Source: an uncultured bacterium
GTDB lineage: Bacteria > Cyanobacteriota > Vampirovibrionia > Gastranaerophilales > Gastranaerophilaceae
Direction: 5' to 3'
DNA length: 64,000 nt
NCBI GenBank assembly: GCA_949292175.1
Contig: CASEYJ010000006.1
Location: forward strand, 13,387 to 77,386
In this document: positions 36,112 to 44,560 of the stretch, piece after piece
Layout: each line of letters opens with the position of its first letter
Position numbering within the stretch: position 1 is the stretch's first letter
The notes under the pieces: generated by a model
Seen by the model: the letters and a program-made list of their open reading frames with translations, nothing else
The model's database searches: none
Told to the model about the DNA's origin: nothing
Position numbers and translations under genes: made by a program

Positions 36112-37365
36112 ATGACTAAAAGAAGAGTAGTAATCACAGGCATGGGTGCCGTATCCCCTTTTGGTGTCGGCGTTGATAAATTTTGGAACAGCCTTGTGGA
36201 AGGAAAAAGCGGAATTAGTACTTCCGAATTGATAGATATTTCAAAACACGTGGTTAAGATTTCCGGTGAAGTTAAAAACTTCAATCCTGAAGAATATCTT
36301 GACCCGAAAGAAGCAAAAAAGATGGACAGATTTATCCAATTTGCTATGATTGCGGCTGATGAAGCTGTTAAGGATGCTAAATTGGAAGAAGTTAATGATG
36401 TTGATCCTTATAGAATTGGTGTTGTAGTTAGTGCTGCAGCTGGCGGTTTCAGAACATTTGAAGATAACCACGTTAGAATTTTGGAAAAAGGACCTAACAA
36501 ATGTTCTCCATTTACAATTCCAATGATGATTGTAAATATGGCTTCAGGTAGAATTTCAATGAAGTATGGTTTTAAAGGTATCAACAAAGTTGTAGTATCT
36601 GCTTGTGCTACTGGTACTCATTCTATCGGAGATGCTGCACGTTCTATTCAATATGGTGATGCAGATATTATGGTTGCCGGCGGATGTGAAGCTACTATTT
36701 GTGATGTAGGTATTGGTGCTTTCTCAAGTGCTAGAACTTTATCAAAACGTAATGATGAACCTACTAAGGCATCTAGACCTTACGACAAAGACAGAGATGG
36801 TTTTGTTATGTCTGAAGGTGCTGGTGTTGTTATTCTTGAAGAATATGAACACGCTAAAAAACGTGGTGCTAAAATTTATGCTGAAGTTGTAGGTTACGGT
36901 CAGACTGCTGATGCGTATGATGTTGTTGCTCCTTGTCCGGAAGGTAAGGGTGCTACAAAATCTATGGAATTAGCTTTAGAAGATGCTGGTATGAAACCTT
37001 CTGATATTCAATATATCAACACTCACGGTACAAGTACTGGTTTAGGTGATATTGCTGAATCTCACGCTGTTGCAAGAGTTTTCGGTGATAGAAAAACTAA
37101 TCCGAACTTGCTTGTAAGTTCTACAAAGAGTATGCACGGTCACTTGCTTGGTGCAACCGGTGCTGTTGAATGTATTGCTTGCGCTAAGGTTATTACTGAA
37201 GGTATTGTTCCTCCTACTATTAACCTTGATAATCAGGATGAAGCTGTTGCTGATTTGGATTACGTTCCACACAAAGCTAGAAAAGCTGAAATCCACGCAG
37301 CATTGTCTAATTCTTTCGGCTTTGGCGGACAGAATGCGTCAATCATTTTGAAAGAAGTAAAATAG
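36112..37365 (+). CDS. fabF: 3-oxoacyl-ACP synthase II
   Basis: Catalytic Cys in VSACATG; His motifs NTHGTST and SMHGHLLGATG. Confidence 0.95.
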   Translation: MTKRRVVITGMGAVSPFGVGVDKFWNSLVEGKSGISTSELIDISKHVVKISGEVKNFNPEEYLDPKEAKKMDRFIQFAMIAADEAVKDAKLEEVNDVDPYRIGVVVSAAAGGFRTFEDNHVRILEKGPNKCSPFTIPMMIVNMASGRISMKYGFKGINKVVVSACATGTHSIGDAARSIQYGDADIMVAGGCEATICDVGIGAFSSARTLSKRNDEPTKASRPYDKDRDGFVMSEGAGVVILEEYEHAKKRGAKIYAEVVGYGQTADAYDVVAPCPEGKGATKSMELALEDAGMKPSDIQYINTHGTSTGLGDIAESHAVARVFGDRKTNPNLLVSSTKSMHGHLLGATGAVECIACAKVITEGIVPPTINLDNQDEAVADLDYVPHKARKAEIHAALSNSFGFGGQNASIILKEVK

Positions 37366-37390
37366 ACTTCAACAAATATTTAAAAATAAA

Positions 37391-37419
37391 AACCGTCTGA
37401 ATTTCAGACGGTTTTTTTA
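37391..37419. terminator. Bidirectional terminator between fabF and aroE
   Basis: AACCGTCTGA (37391-37400) pairs with TCAGACGGTT (37404-37413): 10-bp stem, A-run upstream, T7 downstream. Confidence 0.85.
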
Positions 37420-38259
37420 TTATAGATGTTCTAGTAAAGCTATTTTCATTTCCGAAAAACTCGGGGTTTTATTAAACCAAATCTCTTGGGCTGATACAGC
37501 TTGGTAAACGAGCATATCTATACCATTTATTGTTTTGTATCCGAGTTCTTCAGCAATTTTTAGAAGAATTGTCTTCTTAGGATTGTAGATAATATCATAT
37601 ACAACTGCGTCCGTTGGTAGTGTTTTAAGGACATCTTTTTCAATAGGTGTCATATCCGCAGAACGCCCTTGCATACCTATTGGAGTTGTGTTTACAAGAA
37701 TATTATATTTAGATAAATCTCTTATTCTGTCAATTTGGTATGCATTAAATTCAATATTTGGAAATTTACGTCTGACATATGCCATGTAGTCCATTGCGTT
37801 AGGAATATTTCTTGTGTATATTCCAATTTCTTTTACCCCTTTATCGGCAAGTCCCATTACTGCGGCTCTGCTGGCTCCGCCGGTTCCAAGGATTGCGGCT
37901 GTTTTATCTTGCAAATCTATTTCTTCCGGAATGGCTTTTTTAAAGCCTAAGACGTCGGTATTATAGCCTATCATAGTTTTATCAGGGTTTATTTTAACTG
38001 TGTTTATTGCCCCTGTGATATCAGCGTATCTGTCAACATCATCAACAAATAATGCAAGAGCAACTTTGTGCGGAATTGTTATATTAAACCCTGAGTAATT
38101 TTCGCGCTTGAAGCGTTTTATCCTATCAACAAGATCCTCGGGGCTGGTTTCTAAGGTTTCGTATGAGGCGTTAACTCCAATACTTTTAAATCCAGCTCTA
38201 TGTATAACTGCTGACATTGAATGTCCAAGAGGATAACCTATGAGTCCGAATTTTTCCAT
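37420..38259 (-). CDS. aroE: Shikimate dehydrogenase
   Basis: FGLIGYPLGHSMS, NITIPHK, GTGGASRA motifs. Confidence 0.9.
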   Translation of the reverse strand: MEKFGLIGYPLGHSMSAVIHRAGFKSIGVNASYETLETSPEDLVDRIKRFKRENYSGFNITIPHKVALALFVDDVDRYADITGAINTVKINPDKTMIGYNTDVLGFKKAIPEEIDLQDKTAAILGTGGASRAAVMGLADKGVKEIGIYTRNIPNAMDYMAYVRRKFPNIEFNAYQIDRIRDLSKYNILVNTTPIGMQGRSADMTPIEKDVLKTLPTDAVVYDIIYNPKKTILLKIAEELGYKTINGIDMLVYQAVSAQEIWFNKTPSFSEMKIALLEHL

Positions 38260-38270
38260 ATTCCGCTCCT

Positions 38271-40574
38271 TTAAGATTCTTCTGTTTGTTCGTTATCTGT
38301 ATCTTGCGGAAGTTCTTTTTTAAATCCGCATTTGATGTTTGAACATTTGAGAGTTGTACCTTTTTTGGTTACAACTTTTCCTAGAAGTGAACCGCAATCC
38401 GGACAAGTTTCTCCGGTAGGTTCATTCCACATCACGTAATCACATTCAGGGTATTTGTTGCAACCGTAGAATACCGTTCCGCGTTTTGATTTTCTTTCAA
38501 CAATTTCTCCCTGACCGCATTTTGGACATTTAACTCCTGTTGTTTTAATTACTGCTTTTCTAGCTCCGCATTCAGGATTAATGCATTCCATATATTTGCC
38601 GTAAGGACCAACTTTGAATACCATATCGGAACCGCATTTTTCGCATTTTTCTTCGCAAACTTCAGTTTCAGGATTTTCAGTTTCTGCTCCTTCGTTAATT
38701 GCGTTTAGTGACATCGCAGTCTTACATTCAGGGTAGCCTGAGCATCCCAAAAATTGTGTTCCTTTTTTACTTGTTCTTACCAACATCGGACGACCGCAGT
38801 TAGGGCATTTTACGTTCGTTTCTATACGAACTTTTTCGCTTGTTGCCATAACTTTGTTTACGTTCTCCATAAACGGAGTATAGAAGTCTGCAAGGACTTT
38901 GTTCCAAACAACTTTTTTTTCTGCAATTTCATCCAGTTTAGTTTCCATACCTGCTGTAAATTTGTAGTCCATAATATCTGCAAATTGTGCAACGAGTTGT
39001 TTTGAAACGGTTCTTCCTAAAAGTGTAGGGAACAGTACTTTATTTTTCTTTTCAACATATTTTCTTGTTTGGATTACCGTAATAATTGTAGCATATGTTG
39101 ACGGACGTCCTATTCCGTGTTCTTCAAGAGCCTTTACCAATGAAGCTTCATTATATCTTGGTGGTGGTTGGGTAAAATGTTGTTTTGGGTCAACTTTTTG
39201 ACATTTAACTTTGTCACCTTCTTCTAAATCCGGAATTTTTGCTTCTGCCTCTTGTTCTTCTTCTTCTGCATCATTGTAAACTTTCAAAAATCCGTCAAAA
39301 GTTACTTTGCTTGTCCCGGCTTTAAGAGTATAGTCACCTGCTGTAATTTCGATTGTTTTATTCGCTACATCTGCAGGAGTCATTTGTGATGACATAAATT
39401 TTTCCCAGATTAGCTTATACAATTTGTACTGGTCATTGTCAAGATATTTTTTTATACTATCCGGTGTTCTTTCTGGATATGATGGACGAATTGCTTCGTG
39501 TGCATCTTGAACATTTTGTTTACCTTTTGCATAGATGTTAGGTTTTGCAGGGTAATATTTTTCACCAAAATTTTCTAAGATGTAATTCTTTGCCATCTCT
39601 TGAGCATCGTCTGAAACCCTCACACTATCGGTTCTCATATATGTAATTAAACCAACCGGTGTTCCGTCAATTTCTATACCTTCGTAAAGTTTTTGTGCAA
39701 CCTGCATTGTTTTTTGAACCCCAAAACCAAGTTTTGAACTTGCTGCTCGCTGCATTGTTGAGGTTATGAATGGTGCAGTAGGTTTACGTTTTGTTGTTTT
39801 TTTAGTTACTTTGCTTACATCTAAATCTGACGGATAATTCTTCAGATATTCAACGATTTTTTCTGCTTCGTCTTTATTTTTGATACTTTTTTCGACAGCT
39901 TTTCCTTTTATTTTTGAAAGTTCTGCTTCAAAAGTTTTTCCATCTTTTTCTAATATTGTATGGATAGACCAATATTCTTGCGGAACAAATGCTTCTATTT
40001 CATCTTCACGTTCGCAAATCATCCTTAGGGCGACTGACTGAACTCTTCCGGCTGAAAGATTTCTATTCCCGATTTGTTTCCAAAGTACAGGGCTTAGCTT
40101 AAAACCTACAAGTTTATCCAAAATTTGTCTTGTTTGTTGTGCTTGTACCATGTCCATATCAATCCCGCGTGGATTTTCTACGGAATGTTTTACGGCCTTT
40201 GGTGTAATTTCGTTGAATACGATTCTGTATATTTTGTCATCAGGCACTTTCAGAACTTGTCTTACGTGCCAAGCTATTGCTTCCCCTTCTCTATCGGGGT
40301 CGGATGCAAGGTAAATTTTGTCGCTTTTTTTAGCTAAGTCATTTAATTTGGTTACGACCTTTTGTTTCCCCGGTATAATTTCGAATTTTGGTTCAAAGTT
40401 ATGATTAACATCAAAGCCTAGGTTATCTGTTGAAGGATCTTTTGCCGGAAGGTTTCTTATGTGACCAAAACTTGCTTCAATTTGATAACTGTCTCCTAAA
40501 ATTTTCTTGATTGTTTTAGATTTTGCAGGAGACTCGACTATTACTAATGCTTTTTCTTTTTTTGCTGCGCTCAT
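38271..40574 (-). CDS. topA: DNA topoisomerase I
   Basis: TOPRIM LVIVESPAKSKTI and DPDREGEAIAWH, active-site Tyr context ITYMRTDS, and multiple C-terminal CxxC...CxxC zinc ribbons. Confidence 0.96.
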   Translation of the reverse strand: MSAAKKEKALVIVESPAKSKTIKKILGDSYQIEASFGHIRNLPAKDPSTDNLGFDVNHNFEPKFEIIPGKQKVVTKLNDLAKKSDKIYLASDPDREGEAIAWHVRQVLKVPDDKIYRIVFNEITPKAVKHSVENPRGIDMDMVQAQQTRQILDKLVGFKLSPVLWKQIGNRNLSAGRVQSVALRMICEREDEIEAFVPQEYWSIHTILEKDGKTFEAELSKIKGKAVEKSIKNKDEAEKIVEYLKNYPSDLDVSKVTKKTTKRKPTAPFITSTMQRAASSKLGFGVQKTMQVAQKLYEGIEIDGTPVGLITYMRTDSVRVSDDAQEMAKNYILENFGEKYYPAKPNIYAKGKQNVQDAHEAIRPSYPERTPDSIKKYLDNDQYKLYKLIWEKFMSSQMTPADVANKTIEITAGDYTLKAGTSKVTFDGFLKVYNDAEEEEQEAEAKIPDLEEGDKVKCQKVDPKQHFTQPPPRYNEASLVKALEEHGIGRPSTYATIITVIQTRKYVEKKNKVLFPTLLGRTVSKQLVAQFADIMDYKFTAGMETKLDEIAEKKVVWNKVLADFYTPFMENVNKVMATSEKVRIETNVKCPNCGRPMLVRTSKKGTQFLGCSGYPECKTAMSLNAINEGAETENPETEVCEEKCEKCGSDMVFKVGPYGKYMECINPECGARKAVIKTTGVKCPKCGQGEIVERKSKRGTVFYGCNKYPECDYVMWNEPTGETCPDCGSLLGKVVTKKGTTLKCSNIKCGFKKELPQDTDNEQTEES

Positions 40575-40644
40575 ATCTCTTTTCCGTTTTTTCGTATATT
40601 TATATCGGCTTATTCTAATCTTTAAGGTGATCGATTTTATCTAT

Positions 40645-41727
40645 TTATACTCTCTTATATCTGTCACCTGTTACTTGTTTTATTATGCCTTTAAGCTCCA
40701 TCGTTGTCAAGTTTATCAACAATTCGTTTGTACTTATTTTTGTTATCGAGCTTAACTCGTCAAACCCTTTTTCTTCAACCTCTAAGGCGTTAAGAATCTT
40801 CTGTTCATCTTCGCTTAAATTGTTTAAGTTTATTTTTAATTGTTCTACCGGTTTTACTTCCCAATTCAAAGCTTCAAGAATATCGTCTGCACAAGTTACC
40901 AGAGTTGCCCCGTTTTTTAGCAGTTTGTAAATTCCTTCTGTGTTCGGATTAGAAATTAATCCCGGAATACACATCAATTCTCTGCCCTGTTCAAGAGTAA
41001 GATTTGCTGTAATTAATGCTCCGCTTTTGAGTGATGCTTCCGCCACGAGTGTTCCGTATGATAAGCCGGAAACTATTCTGTTACGTTGAGGGAAGCGGAA
41101 TTTTAAAGGTTCAAATGTCGGGTAATATTCACTTACAACTATTCCACCGCCATTTTCGATTTCTTCATAAAGGTGCTTGTTACTCGCCGGATATGTAAAA
41201 TCAAATCCGCTTGCGATTACTCCTATTGTTTTTAAATGATGTTTTAGGGCACTTGTGTGTGCGGAAGTGTCTATTCCGGAAGCAAGTCCTGATACAATAC
41301 AAATATCTGTACCTTCAAGTTCTGAAACTATTTTTTCGACAGCCTCTCTTGCATTGAAGCTTGCTTTTCTTGAACCTACAATCGCCAAGTTTTTTTCAAA
41401 ATTACAAATGCTAGAATTTCCCTTGTAATATAGAACCGCAGGCGGATTTGATATTTCTTTTAATAGTTGTGGATATTTTACGTCTTCAAGAGTCCAGTAA
41501 TTTATCCCTCTTTTTAAAACTTCATCAAAAGTTTTGTCAATATCGACAGTTTTTCTTTTTTCAATAAAATTTTCAGCCTGCTTAACTTTCAGTCCTTCAA
41601 TTTGGGACAGATCTGTCAAAGAAGCATTATATGCAGTTTCGATATCTCCAAAATAGTTGTAAATTCTTTGAATAAAGCTACTATCAATTTGTTCAATTGA
41701 AGATAATGCTATCCAATATTTATCCAT
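40645..41727 (-). CDS. dprA: DNA-processing protein DprA (Smf)
   Basis: IVGSRKAS and VSGLASGIDTSAH Rossmann-type DprA motifs, plus a C-terminal winged-helix-like tail. Confidence 0.88.
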   Translation of the reverse strand: MDKYWIALSSIEQIDSSFIQRIYNYFGDIETAYNASLTDLSQIEGLKVKQAENFIEKRKTVDIDKTFDEVLKRGINYWTLEDVKYPQLLKEISNPPAVLYYKGNSSICNFEKNLAIVGSRKASFNAREAVEKIVSELEGTDICIVSGLASGIDTSAHTSALKHHLKTIGVIASGFDFTYPASNKHLYEEIENGGGIVVSEYYPTFEPLKFRFPQRNRIVSGLSYGTLVAEASLKSGALITANLTLEQGRELMCIPGLISNPNTEGIYKLLKNGATLVTCADDILEALNWEVKPVEQLKINLNNLSEDEQKILNALEVEEKGFDELSSITKISTNELLINLTTMELKGIIKQVTGDRYKRV

Positions 41728-42496
41728 TAGTTTTTTTCTTCTTGATTCTTTCGATTAATTCTTTAACGTTTTTGATTTCTTCTTCAGGAAGTTCCATTTC
41801 AAGATAATCTTCCAGATATTCAATTGCATCATCAAAATCACCACGAGCAAGGAACAAGATTGCAACCTTTTTGTATGCTTGTCTGAATCCTGCATCTCTT
41901 GCTATTGTTTTTAGGTAATTTGATATTGCTTTGTCAACTTCGTTGTTTGCTTCATAAGCTTGAGCCAAGCTGAAATAAATGTATGGATTATCTTCTTTAA
42001 ATTCCAAAATATTTTCAAAATTTTCTATTGCTAAGTCGTAGTTTCCAAGCTCAAAATGAACTTTGCCTAAATCATAGTATGCGTCATAGTTTTCAGGTTG
42101 TGCTTCAAGAATTTTTTCCAATTCGTCAATAGCAAGGTCCAATCTGCAATCTTCCATGTAAAATCTTGCTAAAAAGTGAGCAATAACCATATTTTCAGGC
42201 ATTTCATAAATTCCTTGTCCAAGAAGTTGAATGCCGCTATCGTAATCTTTCTTCCTGTAATAGATATCCGCAAGGTTGATGTAAACTTGTGGAAGCTTAG
42301 GGTTTAATTCAATAGCTTTTAGAAAGTTATCTTCAGCTTTCTCGTCATTTGCAATGCTTGCATAGCATTGTCCAATGTTGTTATAAATTTCTGCAGTTGG
42401 AGCTTCAGTTTCGACTACCGAACTAAATGCATCAATCGCTTTTTCAAATTCGCCTTGTTTATATAATTCCAGTGCTTTTTCTATCTTTTCGTTCAT
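41720..42496 (-). CDS. TPR-repeat protein (258 aa)
   Basis: About six TPR-like units (e.g. AEIYNNIGQCYASIANDEKAEDNFLKAIELNP). The 3' end overlaps the dprA start by 8 nt. Confidence 0.75.
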   Translation of the reverse strand: MNEKIEKALELYKQGEFEKAIDAFSSVVETEAPTAEIYNNIGQCYASIANDEKAEDNFLKAIELNPKLPQVYINLADIYYRKKDYDSGIQLLGQGIYEMPENMVIAHFLARFYMEDCRLDLAIDELEKILEAQPENYDAYYDLGKVHFELGNYDLAIENFENILEFKEDNPYIYFSLAQAYEANNEVDKAISNYLKTIARDAGFRQAYKKVAILFLARGDFDDAIEYLEDYLEMELPEEEIKNVKELIERIKKKKTNG

Positions 42497-42511
42497 TTTT
42501 CAAACCTCTTT

Positions 42512-43498
42512 TTATAACCCTAAAGTCATTCCTGAACTTCCGCTATCTTCACCTTCACTTGAACCTATATTTTTGATAACGGTTCTGGTGTTTCCTTCAG
42601 CTTGGAAGTCTTTTGGTTCTAACTTCATTTTTATTTTGTCTGCGTATATTGTTCTAACACCTTGGGTTATGCTTGAACGGCCGACGAAATAAACATCATT
42701 TGGTTTACCTTCTTTGTTAGGGTAGACGTTGATTTTTGGTCCTTTTGCAAAGTAATCTTCATACCAAACTCTTACGTTTCCGCTTGCGGAGAAAGTATTT
42801 TTGTCTTGAGTAAACTCTTGTACATTTGATTTTAGTGTTAATTTTTTACCATCATCGCCGATATAGTTTGAAGTTGTATTTCCTGCTGCAAGAAGAATCT
42901 TTGATGCTGAATTGTAGAAGAATCTGTCAGCAAATGAATCGTTTGCTTGTTGTTTAATTCTTCCGTTTCCGATAAGTTCAAGAGTTTTTAAGTCTCCGTT
43001 TTTGTCTGTTTTAATGATTGCTTTATTTGAGTATGTTTCCAATTCTTTATATTTTATGGTAACGTTACCGGTTGCTGTCATAATGCCGGTTTTGGTATCG
43101 TATTCCTGAACATCAGAGTTAATTACGACAATTGGAGTTTTTCCGTCAAATACAACTGATTGTGTATCACCTTCAGCTCTTACCACTTTTGTGATGAGTG
43201 ATACTTTTAAGATGTTTGCTTTAACTTCACGTTTTTTATTTTTCTTAACTTCGTATGCGTATGGTTTGTCATAAAATGTCGCAGTATCAAGGTTTTGTTC
43301 CTCGTTCATATTTACATCTGCACTATTGCCGACAACTTTTAAATCGTCCACGGAAACTTTTACATCTCCTTTGAACTTGATTTTGTTGTCGCTTTCTGAG
43401 AAAGTTTGCGATTTAGATTCGATAATCAAATCAGATGCTTGAGCGATTATTCCCATTGAAAACATTATTACAGCAATAGATATTAATAATTTTTTCAT
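42512..43498 (-). CDS. lptA: LptA/OstA-like periplasmic protein, about twice the usual LptA length
   Basis: Signal peptide, then repeated OstA-type strands (IKFKGDVKVSVDDLKVVGNSADVNM; ATGNVTIKYKELETYSNKAII; ASGNVRVWYEDYFAKGPKINVY; AEGNTRTVIKN). Directly downstream of the lptC-like gene. Confidence 0.6.
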   Translation of the reverse strand: MKKLLISIAVIMFSMGIIAQASDLIIESKSQTFSESDNKIKFKGDVKVSVDDLKVVGNSADVNMNEEQNLDTATFYDKPYAYEVKKNKKREVKANILKVSLITKVVRAEGDTQSVVFDGKTPIVVINSDVQEYDTKTGIMTATGNVTIKYKELETYSNKAIIKTDKNGDLKTLELIGNGRIKQQANDSFADRFFYNSASKILLAAGNTTSNYIGDDGKKLTLKSNVQEFTQDKNTFSASGNVRVWYEDYFAKGPKINVYPNKEGKPNDVYFVGRSSITQGVRTIYADKIKMKLEPKDFQAEGNTRTVIKNIGSSEGEDSGSSGMTLGL

Positions 43499-44085
43499 TT
43501 TTTCTCCTTGGTATCGTACATTTTTGAAACAGTGTGACCTGTAATTTTAAATTTATCATAACTTGGACTAATTTCAACTGAGTCTGCTGTTGCAAGGAAA
43601 TCCGCATTCTTTGTAATTCTTACATTTCCGTATGCGATTACAGGTTTGTCGCTGCCTGACCAAATTACCCTGTCAGCTTCTAGTGATATTCCGTCTTTTA
43701 TTACTATGTGCGTATCTTGGTATAATATAATTTGTTTTCTTTCAGAACTGTATGAGCCTCTGGTAGATTCAAAGCTCATAGAAACTTCATTTTTTTCGTC
43801 AAAAAAGTTTCCGATACAGTTGTTAAGGAGAGCAACACCGTTTTCGCTGTCATAAGAACCTGTTTCTCCGTAGATTTCCCAATATTTGCGGTCGTTCTTT
43901 GTTTCAGTAAGTATTATACCGTTAATCTGGGCTTCTTGACGGTCTTCATTATTTGTTAATTGGCTTCTGTTGAAGTTATGAGTGATAACGCCGGCAGAAA
44001 TAAATGCCCAAGCTAAGATCCCAATCAACGCTAATCCTGCAGCTATATAAGCTTGCTTCTTCCTACTTAAATTCTTCCATTTCAT
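43495..44085 (-). CDS. lptC: LptC-like membrane-anchored periplasmic protein
   Basis: Single N-terminal TM (AYIAAGLALIGILAWAFISAGV), ~170-aa beta-rich domain, 4-nt overlap with the downstream LptA-like gene. Confidence 0.55.
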   Translation of the reverse strand: MKWKNLSRKKQAYIAAGLALIGILAWAFISAGVITHNFNRSQLTNNEDRQEAQINGIILTETKNDRKYWEIYGETGSYDSENGVALLNNCIGNFFDEKNEVSMSFESTRGSYSSERKQIILYQDTHIVIKDGISLEADRVIWSGSDKPVIAYGNVRITKNADFLATADSVEISPSYDKFKITGHTVSKMYDTKEKK

Positions 44086-44258
44086 AATCAGAATAGTAGC
44101 ACAAAAATATTACTGCGACACTTTATATAAACTTCTGTTACATATATCAACTGTTGTAATTTTGTTTGTGTTGTTTTGTAATTTTTGTAGAGTGATGTAT
44201 AAAACATTGCTTAATAATCGTTTATAATGTAAAATATATATATCACTGAGAGGAAATT

Positions 44259-44507
44259 ATGGCAAAATTAGAAATAACTGTTTGTATGGGAAGTTCCTGC
44301 TTTGCAAGAGGAAATGACCAAAATCTTGAATTTATTGAGAATTATATAAAGGAAAACGGATTAGAAGCTCAAGTCGATTTGTCCGGTACGAGATGCTCAG
44401 GAAACTGTGCCGATGGCCCGAATATTGTTATCAACGGAGTTGAGTATCGCGGGGTTGATCAGGATAAGTTAAAAGAAATTCTGGATGAGATTAAGGCTTC
44501 CGTTTAA
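44259..44507 (+). CDS. Thioredoxin-like [2Fe-2S] ferredoxin (HfsA-like)
   Basis: Four Cys in the pattern CMGSSC ... CSGNC, plus DGPNIVINGVEY, typical of NuoE-type 2Fe-2S domains. Confidence 0.75.
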   Translation: MAKLEITVCMGSSCFARGNDQNLEFIENYIKENGLEAQVDLSGTRCSGNCADGPNIVINGVEYRGVDQDKLKEILDEIKASV

Positions 44508-44560
44508 TTTATTTTTTGTCTATCATAAGTATATTCTGCAAGTAATGAAGGAGTTAAAAT

